Shown one piece after another: positions 20,525-28,355 of a stretch of 48,785 nt of DNA. The stretch comes from Nitrosopumilaceae archaeon (GTDB taxonomy: Archaea; Thermoproteota; Nitrososphaeria; Nitrososphaerales; Nitrosopumilaceae). Each line of letters starts with the position of its first letter. Position 1 is the first letter of the stretch. The notes under the pieces were generated by a model that made no database searches, was not told the origin of the DNA, and worked only from the letters and a program-made list of their open reading frames with translations. The stretch spans positions 1 through 48,785 of the forward strand of contig DATIDL010000156.1 in the NCBI GenBank assembly GCA_035456305.1. Reading direction: 5' to 3'. The position numbers and the translations under genes were made by a program.

Positions 20525-21271
20525 TTGGGTAAAAGACCGTTAGTTAGAAGACGTGGACGAGGTGGAATGCAATTTCGTGCAGCATCTACTGGTAAGATTC
20601 TTCCAGCAAAATACCCAAGATTTGGACTTGCAGAACAGCGCGAAGGTCAAGTTGTAGATCTGGTTCATGAAAGAGGTAGAGACACTCCTCTTGCAAAGGT
20701 CAGATTTGAAAATGGCTCATTTTCATTTTTACCAGCAATTCTTGGCACCAGAATTGGCTCAAAAATCCAGTTTGGATTAAAATCTGAAATTGCTCCAGGA
20801 AATGTAATTAGTGTTCAAAACATTCCTGATGGAACAATAGTAAGTAATGTTGAAAAACACTTTGGCGACGGAGGAACTATAGTTAAATCTGCAGGAACAT
20901 ACGCTACAGTGTTTTCACATAGTGCAGATGGTGTTACAATAAAACTCCCATCGGGAAAATTTACTACTCTTAATCCTCAGAACCGTGCAATGATTGGTAC
21001 TCTAGCTGGCGGTGGTGTAGGTGATAGACCATTCATGCGAGCAGGAAATGCTTGGCGCAGAAAAGTATCCAAAGGTCACAAGTACCCAATCGTTAGGGGA
21101 GTTGCTCAAGCCGTATATGTTCACCCACACGGAGGTGGAAGACATCAACACGTAGGTAGAAGTTCAACAGTGTCAAGAAATGCTCCTCCTGGACGAAAAG
21201 TGGGTAGCATTGCTGCAAGAAAGACTGGCCGTGCAAGAGTTAAAGATAGACCAGATTCCAGCTCTTCTTAA
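20525..21271 (+). CDS. rpl2: 50S ribosomal protein uL2
   Basis: MGKRPLVRRRGRGG N-terminus and VHPHGGGRHQHVG motif. TTG start. 248 aa. Confidence 0.95.
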   Translation: MGKRPLVRRRGRGGMQFRAASTGKILPAKYPRFGLAEQREGQVVDLVHERGRDTPLAKVRFENGSFSFLPAILGTRIGSKIQFGLKSEIAPGNVISVQNIPDGTIVSNVEKHFGDGGTIVKSAGTYATVFSHSADGVTIKLPSGKFTTLNPQNRAMIGTLAGGGVGDRPFMRAGNAWRRKVSKGHKYPIVRGVAQAVYVHPHGGGRHQHVGRSSTVSRNAPPGRKVGSIAARKTGRARVKDRPDSSSS

Positions 21272-21318
21272 TATTTTCAACACTCAAGACTAATTAATCC
21301 TGGAAAAAATTCTCTCAT

Positions 21319-21597
21319 GTGGCAAATCAGAGAGTGCATATTTTTGTAAAAGGCAAAGTTCAGGGAGTTTTTTTTCGCCAAACAACCAAAAACGTAGCAG
21401 AAAAGAAAAATGTCACGGGTTGGGTAAGGAACCTAAAAGATGGAAGAGTAGAGGCAGTTCTAGAAGGTCAGGACATAAACGTAAGCGAAGTAGTAGAATG
21501 GGGTCATAGGGGTCCTCCAAATGCTGTAGTTGAAGATGTACAAATCATTAATGAAAAATACAAAGGCGAATTTTCTAAGTTTGAAATACTATACTAG
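21319..21597 (+). CDS. acyP: acylphosphatase
   Basis: VHIFVKGKVQGVFFRQ and GWVRNLKDGRVEAVLEG signatures. 92 aa. GTG start. Confidence 0.85.
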   Translation: MANQRVHIFVKGKVQGVFFRQTTKNVAEKKNVTGWVRNLKDGRVEAVLEGQDINVSEVVEWGHRGPPNAVVEDVQIINEKYKGEFSKFEILY

Positions 21598-21926
21598 TGA
21601 ATAGTTTTGTATGCGTCTGAAAGTAAATTCTTTATTTCATTAAGATCTTGACTTGGTTTTATTTCGATCTCCTTTTGAGGTTCCTTTCTATCTCTTCTTA
21701 TTTTTATTAAAATAGAATCCTTTTGTGGTTCCATATCTGCAAAGAATCTGAAAGTCATAGATTTACAAAATACCACTCTGTGCATACGCACATCTTCAAC
21801 TACATTTTCTCCAAGAGAAAAACAATACTCTCTAAGAGAATCAAACAGTGGTTTTATCAAAGGTGTAAGTTGTTTTTGGAAATCTTGATAGTTTCTGTTG
21901 TTACCTGAAAAAATCAAATCTCCCAT
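21594..21926 (-). CDS. hypothetical protein (110 aa)
   Basis: ORF only, with no motif I can name confidently. Its stop overlaps the acyP stop by 4 nt. It lies 28 nt downstream of the SRP RNA 3' end on the same strand. Confidence 0.5.
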   Translation of the reverse strand: MGDLIFSGNNRNYQDFQKQLTPLIKPLFDSLREYCFSLGENVVEDVRMHRVVFCKSMTFRFFADMEPQKDSILIKIRRDRKEPQKEIEIKPSQDLNEIKNLLSDAYKTIH

Positions 21927-21954
21927 ATCTTCAAATTAATTTAAGAATATATTT

Positions 21955-22272
21955 AGTAGTAGCTCCACCAGTTCCAGTCTAGACAAATAGCCCCATCTCA
22001 AGTCAAGCAAGATCCGCCACGTAGACGACGCAGCGTGAATGTTCTGCCTTAGGATTGCTCCCTCCCGGACCTCATCCCTTTCAGCAGCTCGGTCTTGAAG
22101 ACCGTCCCTTCGGACAGCTCCAGTCCTGCATCCACCCGCTTCGGCGTGATTTCATTTCCGCAAGTCAAGCAGGTACTATCCATCTAAAGATTTACCCAGC
22201 AGTTACTGATCTCTGCATATAGCCGGTTTCAGATTTGGGGCACGGCTAGCGCCCCGATCCTCCCTACTACCA
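21955..22272 (-). ncRNA. signal recognition particle RNA (archaeal 7S RNA)
   Basis: A GC-rich island with no ORF. The minus strand carries GAGGTCCGGGAGGGAGCAATCCTAAGGCAG (plus coordinates about 22045-22075), matching the conserved helix-8 motif (CAGGUCCGGAAGGAAGCAGC...AAGGCAG). The 5' GTAGTAG pairs with the 3' CTACTAC. About 318 nt. Confidence 0.8.
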
Positions 22273-22292
22273 GTATATGTTACAAAGAAATC

Positions 22293-22300
22293 TTATATTT
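22293..22300 (-). promoter_or_regulatory. TATA box (AAATATAA) for the SRP RNA
   Basis: Lies 21-28 nt upstream of the inferred SRP RNA 5' end, in the 31-nt gap after the upstream CDS stop. Confidence 0.5.
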
Positions 22301-22303
22301 GCA

Positions 22304-23218
22304 TTAGGATCTGTCTTGCTTTAGATTTACAAGCATGTCACATACGGAACAAATCTCACCAGTACATTCATTCCCGCATTTTGGGCATGTTCTTCTTTGC
22401 TTATAGTTTGTGTCTTTAATTATGTGAGAAATTCTTGTGATAGATCTATGCATGTTGTTTTTGACTCCGCTGTGTTTCTTTTCTAAAGAATTTAGAAATT
22501 CACGGATCTCTGTTCTAATCCCCTCATTCATGTGTGGACACTGTTCTGATTGGAAAGGAATGTCATTTGTGAAAGCATAAAACGCAATCTCATTTTCATA
22601 AATCTCACAAAATGGCTTTATCTTTCTGATCTTATTTGTGGATGTGTCTGGATCCATCCACCCTATTTTGTTTGTGTCTCCAGACAGAACATTGATGATA
22701 AAAGTTTGAAGAACATCATCTAAATTATGACCAGTTGCTATTACATCCACGTCTAGATCTTTTGAACCAATATCGATTGCACGTCTTCTCAACGTACCAC
22801 AAATCGAACATGATGTTGTTTTTTCGTTTTCTCTGAGCTCAAGTGATTCCTGTAAAGTCATATCAAAAAGATCTTTGTATGCATAAGATCTGTGTTCAAC
22901 TCCTAAACTACTGCAAAAATTCTTTACAATTTGTAATGCTTCATCCCTATATCCAGGAATGCCTTCATCTACCGTTATTGCTCTAAGTGTAAAGTTGTGT
23001 GATTCTGACATTTTCTTGAGAACATGTAGAAGCGATAAAGAATCCTTTCCGCCAGATACTGCTACACCTACAACTTCTCCATTCTGTATCATGTTGTATT
23101 TAGATATGATTCTGGCTGTTTTTTGTAAAATGGAATTTGAAAAACATGTAGAACAGAGATTCTCGCCAGAATATTTTCTGGAATATGCTGCAACGTTATC
23201 ACATCTATCGCATTTCAT
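22304..23218 (-). CDS. TtuA/NcsA-family tRNA 2-thiolation PP-loop ATPase
   Basis: PP-loop AVSGGKDSLS flanked by CxxC pairs (CDRC...CSTC at the N-terminus, CPKCGNEC..CSVC at the C-terminus). Confidence 0.85.
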   Translation of the reverse strand: MKCDRCDNVAAYSRKYSGENLCSTCFSNSILQKTARIISKYNMIQNGEVVGVAVSGGKDSLSLLHVLKKMSESHNFTLRAITVDEGIPGYRDEALQIVKNFCSSLGVEHRSYAYKDLFDMTLQESLELRENEKTTSCSICGTLRRRAIDIGSKDLDVDVIATGHNLDDVLQTFIINVLSGDTNKIGWMDPDTSTNKIRKIKPFCEIYENEIAFYAFTNDIPFQSEQCPHMNEGIRTEIREFLNSLEKKHSGVKNNMHRSITRISHIIKDTNYKQRRTCPKCGNECTGEICSVCDMLVNLKQDRS

Positions 23219-23280
23219 AGAGGGTTTTTTTTATGCCTAAATTTAACCATATGTGTATTCTTGTAAACTAGGTTTTGATT

Positions 23281-24483
23281 TTAAATTGTAACAAAACCAG
23301 ATTTTATTGCTGAAAATGCAATGTTTAGACCAAATATGGCAAACGTGAACGCGTAAATGGATAGCATGGTTACTTTCAGCACTTTGTCTGAAATTTTTTT
23401 CTCAATTATGCTTTGAATGAATTTCCCCCCATCCAATATTGGGAGGGGAAGCATGTTGAATATGCCAATGAAAAATGAGAGCATCCATAGCCAAAGCAAA
23501 AACATGAAAACTTCAGGACTCCATGGTATGTAATATGGTACAGTTGGCTGGTAAGCCGGAAATGTGCCTCTTGTAATTCCAAGTAATCCTTTTTGTGGAT
23601 CATCTGGCGCGGCTTTAGTTATGACAGGTATCTGCATTGTCTCGCCTTTTCTAATTAGTGTAACTATTGCAGTTTCTCCAGGTGCAAGTTTTACTTTGGC
23701 AAAATCTTGTGGTTGAATTACTGAAACGCCATTGATTGCAGTAATGATATCATCTTTTAATAGTCCTGCCATAGCAGCACCAGAACCTTCAGTTACAGAA
23801 AGTATGGGAACCCCCAATGGATCTTTGTAAAATACATCGCGGATTGGTTCTGGCATTAATAGGGCAAAAGCAGGATTGAAAATTAACAGACCTGCTATTA
23901 TGAATGAAAAAAGGACGTTTGATGTTGCACCAGCACCTATCACTCTGAGTTTAGAAATTTTTTTTGCTTTTGCAAATTCTTCCTCATCGGGTTCTACAAA
24001 TCCTGCAAACAGAGCTATAAACACTGCAAATCCTCCTGTCTTGATCTTAATTTTTTCTAGTGTGGCAACAATTCCATGAGCACCTTCATGTATGACCAGA
24101 ACAATCGGAACTGTTAACAAAAAATATGCGATGTTTATTCCAGATTGAATTGTGACTCCTGGTATCAAAACCGTCATTTCAGAAAACGATTCTGGTTTGA
24201 CAAAGAAATTTGATAGATTGGAGATAAGAAACCAAAATGCAAAACCCATCATAACAAATCCCGCAATAACACTCGTGTTTGCAAATATCTTGGTGGCCTT
24301 TTCGGTTTTGCCTAAAAGTCTGGTTAGAGCAAGCTGCACTTTGTAATTTTTGTACGTAAGACTGTATGGTTTTATGTCAAAACCATGTTTGTCAAGCTTT
24401 GAAGCCTTTGCTAGTATGATTACTACCACCCATGCAATTAGAACGTAGAAAATGGAATTCTGCGTTAAAAAATCAATTGCCAA
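23281..24483 (-). CDS. site-2 protease, M50 metallopeptidase with PDZ domain
   Basis: HEGAHG (HExxH) within a hydrophobic helix, a PDZ-like segment GSGAAMAGLLKDDIITAINGV, and an NMLPLPILDGG motif. TTG start. Confidence 0.85.
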   Translation of the reverse strand: MAIDFLTQNSIFYVLIAWVVVIILAKASKLDKHGFDIKPYSLTYKNYKVQLALTRLLGKTEKATKIFANTSVIAGFVMMGFAFWFLISNLSNFFVKPESFSEMTVLIPGVTIQSGINIAYFLLTVPIVLVIHEGAHGIVATLEKIKIKTGGFAVFIALFAGFVEPDEEEFAKAKKISKLRVIGAGATSNVLFSFIIAGLLIFNPAFALLMPEPIRDVFYKDPLGVPILSVTEGSGAAMAGLLKDDIITAINGVSVIQPQDFAKVKLAPGETAIVTLIRKGETMQIPVITKAAPDDPQKGLLGITRGTFPAYQPTVPYYIPWSPEVFMFLLWLWMLSFFIGIFNMLPLPILDGGKFIQSIIEKKISDKVLKVTMLSIYAFTFAIFGLNIAFSAIKSGFVTI

Positions 24484-24527
24484 ATTAATTGATACTCTTT
24501 TTAGTCAGGGCAAATTTATCAGTTGCT

Positions 24528-24848
24528 ATGGTTGCAATTGTAATAATTTCTACGTATCCAAACAAGAAATCTATTCTTAAAATCGCAAATTGTGTGGTCA
24601 AAAAACATCTTGCGGCGTGTGTAAATTTTACAAAAATAGATTCAATCTATATCTGGCAAAATAAACTTGAAAATACGAAAGAATTCCTGGCATTATTCAA
24701 AACAACAAATACAAAAAAAGAAATACTAAAAAAGGAAATAAAAAAACTGCATCCCTATCAAGTTCCAGAAATCATGGAACTCAAAGTAAACTCTGTCAAT
24801 AAATCATATCTTGGTTGGTTAGTAAATTCAACTAGGGACAAAACGTAA
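24528..24848 (+). CDS. cutA: CutA1 divalent-cation tolerance protein
   Basis: KKHLAACVNF...IYIWQNK...HPYQVPEI. ATG at 24528 is preferred to the tracked TTG at 24489. Convergent 21-nt overlap with pelota. Confidence 0.85.
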   Translation: MVAIVIISTYPNKKSILKIANCVVKKHLAACVNFTKIDSIYIWQNKLENTKEFLALFKTTNTKKEILKKEIKKLHPYQVPEIMELKVNSVNKSYLGWLVNSTRDKT

Positions 24849-25877
24849 AAGTGAAACAATTCCACCAAGTGATGACACTCTTAATCCTACGTCTGTTGTA
24901 GAATCTACTGAAAATATTTCAACACCTCTGCTTTCAGCTTGGTTCAAGAATTCTATGACTTGATCCTCATCTTGTTTTTCAAAAATTTTGTCAGAAAAAA
25001 TAAGCGATTCTACTGCACCTGCATCATTTGCCTTTGTTGTTTCATTATACCCCATAGTGAATTTGTTGCTTTTTTTGTTAACCATGAGCATTATCTCATC
25101 GATGATTTTTGCGACTTTAGCAATCTTGCTTTGTGCCATGACTTGTTTCATAGTTTCAGATTTTACGAAAGTGTAAATTCCATCTTCTCCACCTGAATCA
25201 ATCCCTTCAACAACCTGAATCTTGTGTTTTTTACCTGTAGGAGTTTCAGCAAGATAATTTCCTAATTTCTTTTTTGTTTCCCCTGGTCCAAATATTACTA
25301 TTAAATCGCCTTCCCGTACAGACGACGAAATGGCATTTTCTACATCAGCAAAAAATGTTTCAATATTAAATTTTGATTTGTATCTTTTTCCACCTGCTCC
25401 AGAATACATGTTAGGCATTAATTTGAGGTGTGTTCCACTGAGTCGTCCTATTCCACAATCAGCTGTATCTATGGCAACCAAAACAAAACTATGACCTTCC
25501 TTTTTTTCAATGATCAGTTTTTTTTCAATGTTCGTCCAATTCTTTTTTGTTAACGTAACAACTTCGCCTATCTTAAGTGTCAAGGAATGATGAGATCCTT
25601 TCTGTACTGATTCACTATCAGATTCTATAATGGTACCATGAACCTTTAATCTATCCACAACGTCATCAATAGAAATTTTTTCAACATTTAGCGCAACTCG
25701 TATTTTGATCCTCTCCCCTCTATCTGGTCTGGAAAAGTCCTTTTCTTGTTTCATTGCGCGTGTAGTGTCTCCAACAACCCTATCTCCTTTTTTTATGATT
25801 CTACGTAAGGTGAATAGATCATCCGGCTCTTCTGCTATCAATGCAACCGAACATTCATCAATTGTTTTAGTGATCAT
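24828..25877 (-). CDS. pelA: Pelota/Dom34 mRNA surveillance factor
   Basis: N-terminal domain with EEPDDLFTLRRIIKKGDRVVGDTTR and eRF1-like central and C-terminal domains. 349 aa. Confidence 0.85.
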   Translation of the reverse strand: MITKTIDECSVALIAEEPDDLFTLRRIIKKGDRVVGDTTRAMKQEKDFSRPDRGERIKIRVALNVEKISIDDVVDRLKVHGTIIESDSESVQKGSHHSLTLKIGEVVTLTKKNWTNIEKKLIIEKKEGHSFVLVAIDTADCGIGRLSGTHLKLMPNMYSGAGGKRYKSKFNIETFFADVENAISSSVREGDLIVIFGPGETKKKLGNYLAETPTGKKHKIQVVEGIDSGGEDGIYTFVKSETMKQVMAQSKIAKVAKIIDEIMLMVNKKSNKFTMGYNETTKANDAGAVESLIFSDKIFEKQDEDQVIEFLNQAESRGVEIFSVDSTTDVGLRVSSLGGIVSLLRFVPS

Positions 25878-25922
25878 TTGTCATCTTTATGTAATAAAAC
25901 AAGAATAAAAAAGAAAATAGAT

Positions 25923-26345
25923 TTAGTTTGTTAACTCACTGGCTTTGGTCTGTTTTTCTCCAGCCTTTTTTCTTAGATAGTTCTGAACCCACTCTTGGGT
26001 TATGACTCCAGCTTCCGTGAGGTTTACAAGCGTGTTTGAAGAGGCTTCTCCCGTGACCTTGCCACTATTTCGCCTAATCTGTCTCCACTTTAAGTTGGTA
26101 TTTCCGCTTTTTGAAGAATATATGATGCCAAAGACATCTTTTGCATTCACAAATGTCATGTCGCGAATTTTTTTTAGAGTGACCTTGTCTGCAGCTTCTA
26201 CATAAATAAGACCTGGACTCTCTTCACGTTCTGGAAATACTTCATAATCCTCAAAGTAGCTCTCTGGGATGAAAGAGTTACAGGTGCTAAGGATTACAAA
26301 CTTCCTGAAACCTTCAAGTGAACACGTAGCGTCGATTGTAACCAT
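25923..26345 (-). CDS. hypothetical protein (140 aa from the ATG; the tracked TTG at 26396 gives 157 aa)
   Basis: ORF only, no recognisable motif. Confidence 0.5.
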   Translation of the reverse strand: MVTIDATCSLEGFRKFVILSTCNSFIPESYFEDYEVFPEREESPGLIYVEAADKVTLKKIRDMTFVNAKDVFGIIYSSKSGNTNLKWRQIRRNSGKVTGEASSNTLVNLTEAGVITQEWVQNYLRKKAGEKQTKASELTN

Positions 26346-26421
26346 TTGAGTTAAATTTTGACCTTTGCCTTTTATCAAGCTTCTTGAAAGACTCAATTAG
26401 GAACCATAAAAATTAGATGTT

Positions 26422-26482
26422 GCAGGCGTTGATGACCAAATCCCTTTGATTTGATGAGAAGGATCTTGAGTTCTGAGCCTGC
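26422..26482 (+). ncRNA. candidate C/D box sRNA (2'-O-methylation guide)
   Basis: 5' stem GCAGGC (26422-27), C box TGATGA (26430-35), C' box TGATGA (26452-57), D box CTGA (26473-76), 3' stem GCCTGC (26477-82, exact complement of the 5' stem). D' is degenerate (TTGA at 26446-49). Guide spacers are atypical, about 10-11 nt upstream of D' and 15 nt upstream of D. Confidence 0.6.
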
Positions 26483-26520
26483 ACCTGTAAATATCTATGA
26501 TATATGATAGAACTACTAAT

Positions 26521-26685
26521 CTAATGTACACATTGACAATCCACAAGTTTTGTATCAAACGTACAATCATGTGGACCTTCTGACATTGCATCTATAGGAA
26601 TTTTTTTCATACATTCACCATGTCGTCCCTTTTTACAAAACCAACAAACTTGGTCTATTTTATCATTATGAGAATTGCATTCCAT
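26521..26685 (-). CDS. 54-aa Cys/His-rich small protein (putative metal-binding)
   Basis: Hand translation: MECNSHNDKIDQVCWFCKKGRHGECMKKIPIDAMSEGPHDCTFDTKLVDCQCVH, with 7 Cys and 5 His. It starts 14 nt after the stop of the upstream C2H2 ORF. Too short for the ORF track. Confidence 0.45.
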   Translation of the reverse strand: MECNSHNDKIDQVCWFCKKGRHGECMKKIPIDAMSEGPHDCTFDTKLVDCQCVH

Positions 26686-26699
26686 GTTACAACATCATT

Positions 26700-26873
26700 T
26701 TAAAAAACTGTTACATCACCAGGAGCAGGAGAATGGTCATGTTTATTCTTATGATAGTCGATAAAATCTTTATGTGATGTTTCTTGATGCTTACGTAATT
26801 CCTCCATACTTTCAAACACTCCTTCACATAGATAGCATTTAGGTTTGTGCTGATCTACTATTGATAACACCAT
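26700..26873 (-). CDS. 57-aa C2H2 zinc-finger protein
   Basis: Hand translation: MVLSIVDQHKPKCYLCEGVFESMEELRKHQETSHKDFIDYHKNKHDHSPAPGDVTVF. It contains C-x2-C-x12-H-x4-H, the classical C2H2 spacing. Too short for the ORF track. Confidence 0.6.
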   Translation of the reverse strand: MVLSIVDQHKPKCYLCEGVFESMEELRKHQETSHKDFIDYHKNKHDHSPAPGDVTVF

Positions 26874-26934
26874 CAGTACTACATTACGAATTTGTTGTAA
26901 TTGAATCTTTCATGACATTGATTTGCTTGTAATT

Positions 26935-27849
26935 CTAGATTGGTGTAAGCCACTCTGAAAACTGTTCGTCTTTTCCTAATGCCACATCCATGAATGCGCC
27001 TTGTAGTTTTCTAGTTATTTTACCGGGCTTACCATTTCCTATAGTTACATTATCGATTTCTGTAACTGATTTGACTTCTGCAGCTGTTCCAGTCATAAAC
27101 ACCTCGTCTGCAATGTATAGTTCGTCTCTGTCTATGTTTCTTTCAGTTATCGATATTCCATTTGATCTTGCTATTTTTATTACACTGTCTCTGGTTATTC
27201 CATTTAGTATTCCAGCACTTAAAGGAGGAGTAGAAATTTCTTCATCGTTTACCAAAAAGATGTTTTCAGCGCTTCCTTCTGCTACCTTACCATGATAGTT
27301 TAGCATTATGGATTCATCATATCCATCTTTTAGTGCCTCTACTCTGGCAAGTGCAGCATTGGCATAATTTGAAGCCGCCTTTGCCTGCATGGGCTGAGAT
27401 CTAGAATCGATTCTTAACCAACTAGAAACTTTGCATCGTGCACCACGTACTTTACCTGCACTTCCCTCTCCAAGCTTCCATTCCCAACACGCTATTGCAA
27501 CATCAATTCTGTTTGGAGTTGGTGTTAATCCTAGCACCCCATAACTGTAATATGCAATAGGTCTGATGTAGCATTCTCTTAGTTTGCTTGCCTTTACTGT
27601 TTTTATTATTGCATTAGAGATTTGTTGTTTAGAGTATGGGATCTTCATTGAATACATTTTTGCTGATCTGAATAGTCTGTCTACATGTTCTGGTAAACGA
27701 AATATCATTGAGCCCTTTGGGGTATTGTAACATCTGATTCCCTCAAAGACTGCGGTAGAATAATGTAATGCATGAGTAAGAACATGCACTTTTGCATCCT
27801 TAAATGGCACAAGCTTACCATTCATCCAAATCTTGCCTTGTTCTTTCAT
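26935..27849 (-). CDS. ilvE: branched-chain amino acid aminotransferase (fold-type IV PLP enzyme)
   Basis: VFEGIRCYN, AEGSAENIFLV and LNGITRDSV motifs. 304 aa. Confidence 0.9.
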   Translation of the reverse strand: MKEQGKIWMNGKLVPFKDAKVHVLTHALHYSTAVFEGIRCYNTPKGSMIFRLPEHVDRLFRSAKMYSMKIPYSKQQISNAIIKTVKASKLRECYIRPIAYYSYGVLGLTPTPNRIDVAIACWEWKLGEGSAGKVRGARCKVSSWLRIDSRSQPMQAKAASNYANAALARVEALKDGYDESIMLNYHGKVAEGSAENIFLVNDEEISTPPLSAGILNGITRDSVIKIARSNGISITERNIDRDELYIADEVFMTGTAAEVKSVTEIDNVTIGNGKPGKITRKLQGAFMDVALGKDEQFSEWLTPI

Positions 27850-27981
27850 AACAAAAGTCAGGAAGTTTTGGTAATTTAAAGAATTAATCTTTCTAATTGG
27901 CGTGTATTATACAAGAATACTGTATTTTCAAATGAAAACATCTTAGACATACTAATATTGCATGTATGTTGAAACTGAGTT

Positions 27982-28194
27982 ATGGAACAAGTGTTATCTT
28001 TTGTAGCCGTAGGATTGCTAGTATTTGGTTTGATAGGTCAAGGGTTTGAACTGCGAAAAATGAGAATTGCTGCTTTGAGTGATGGAAACATCTCATCTTC
28101 AAACATGTTCACAAATAAAAAAAACCTGAAATGGTACATCATAATTAGCGCTGGTCTGATAATTTGGTACGTCTCTGGTGGCTTTACTAGATAA
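27982..28194 (+). CDS. small membrane protein (70 aa, two hydrophobic helices)
   Basis: ORF with VLSFVAVGLLVFGLIGQGF and WYIIISAGLIIWYVSGGF. Confidence 0.4.
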   Translation: MEQVLSFVAVGLLVFGLIGQGFELRKMRIAALSDGNISSSNMFTNKKNLKWYIIISAGLIIWYVSGGFTR

Positions 28195-28355
28195 TCTATA
28201 TAGATCAGGTCTAAATATCACCGACACCTATTACATGATAGCGCGTGTTTTGGGTAACGCCGAGCTGATTCTAGATAAGAGGCTCAAGAACAAACCCACT
28301 TTGACTTCTATAGGTAAAGGCCTGTAGGGGTCAACTGATTCTGATAATTTTTAAT

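Noticed and set aside
21955-22272. RNase P RNA as an alternative identity for the GC-rich non-coding island
   Set aside because: The AAACCGGCTAT stretch loosely resembles a conserved RNase P RNA region (CR-IV), but it lies at the wrong end. No GAGGAAAGTCC-like CR-I element is present, whereas the SRP helix-8 motif is clear.
26397-26591. Tracked 64-aa minus-strand ORF (MQCQKVHMIV...)
   Set aside because: It has no recognisable features. It overlaps the C/D sRNA candidate and, in another frame, the Cys/His-rich 54-codon ORF that gives a more protein-like translation.
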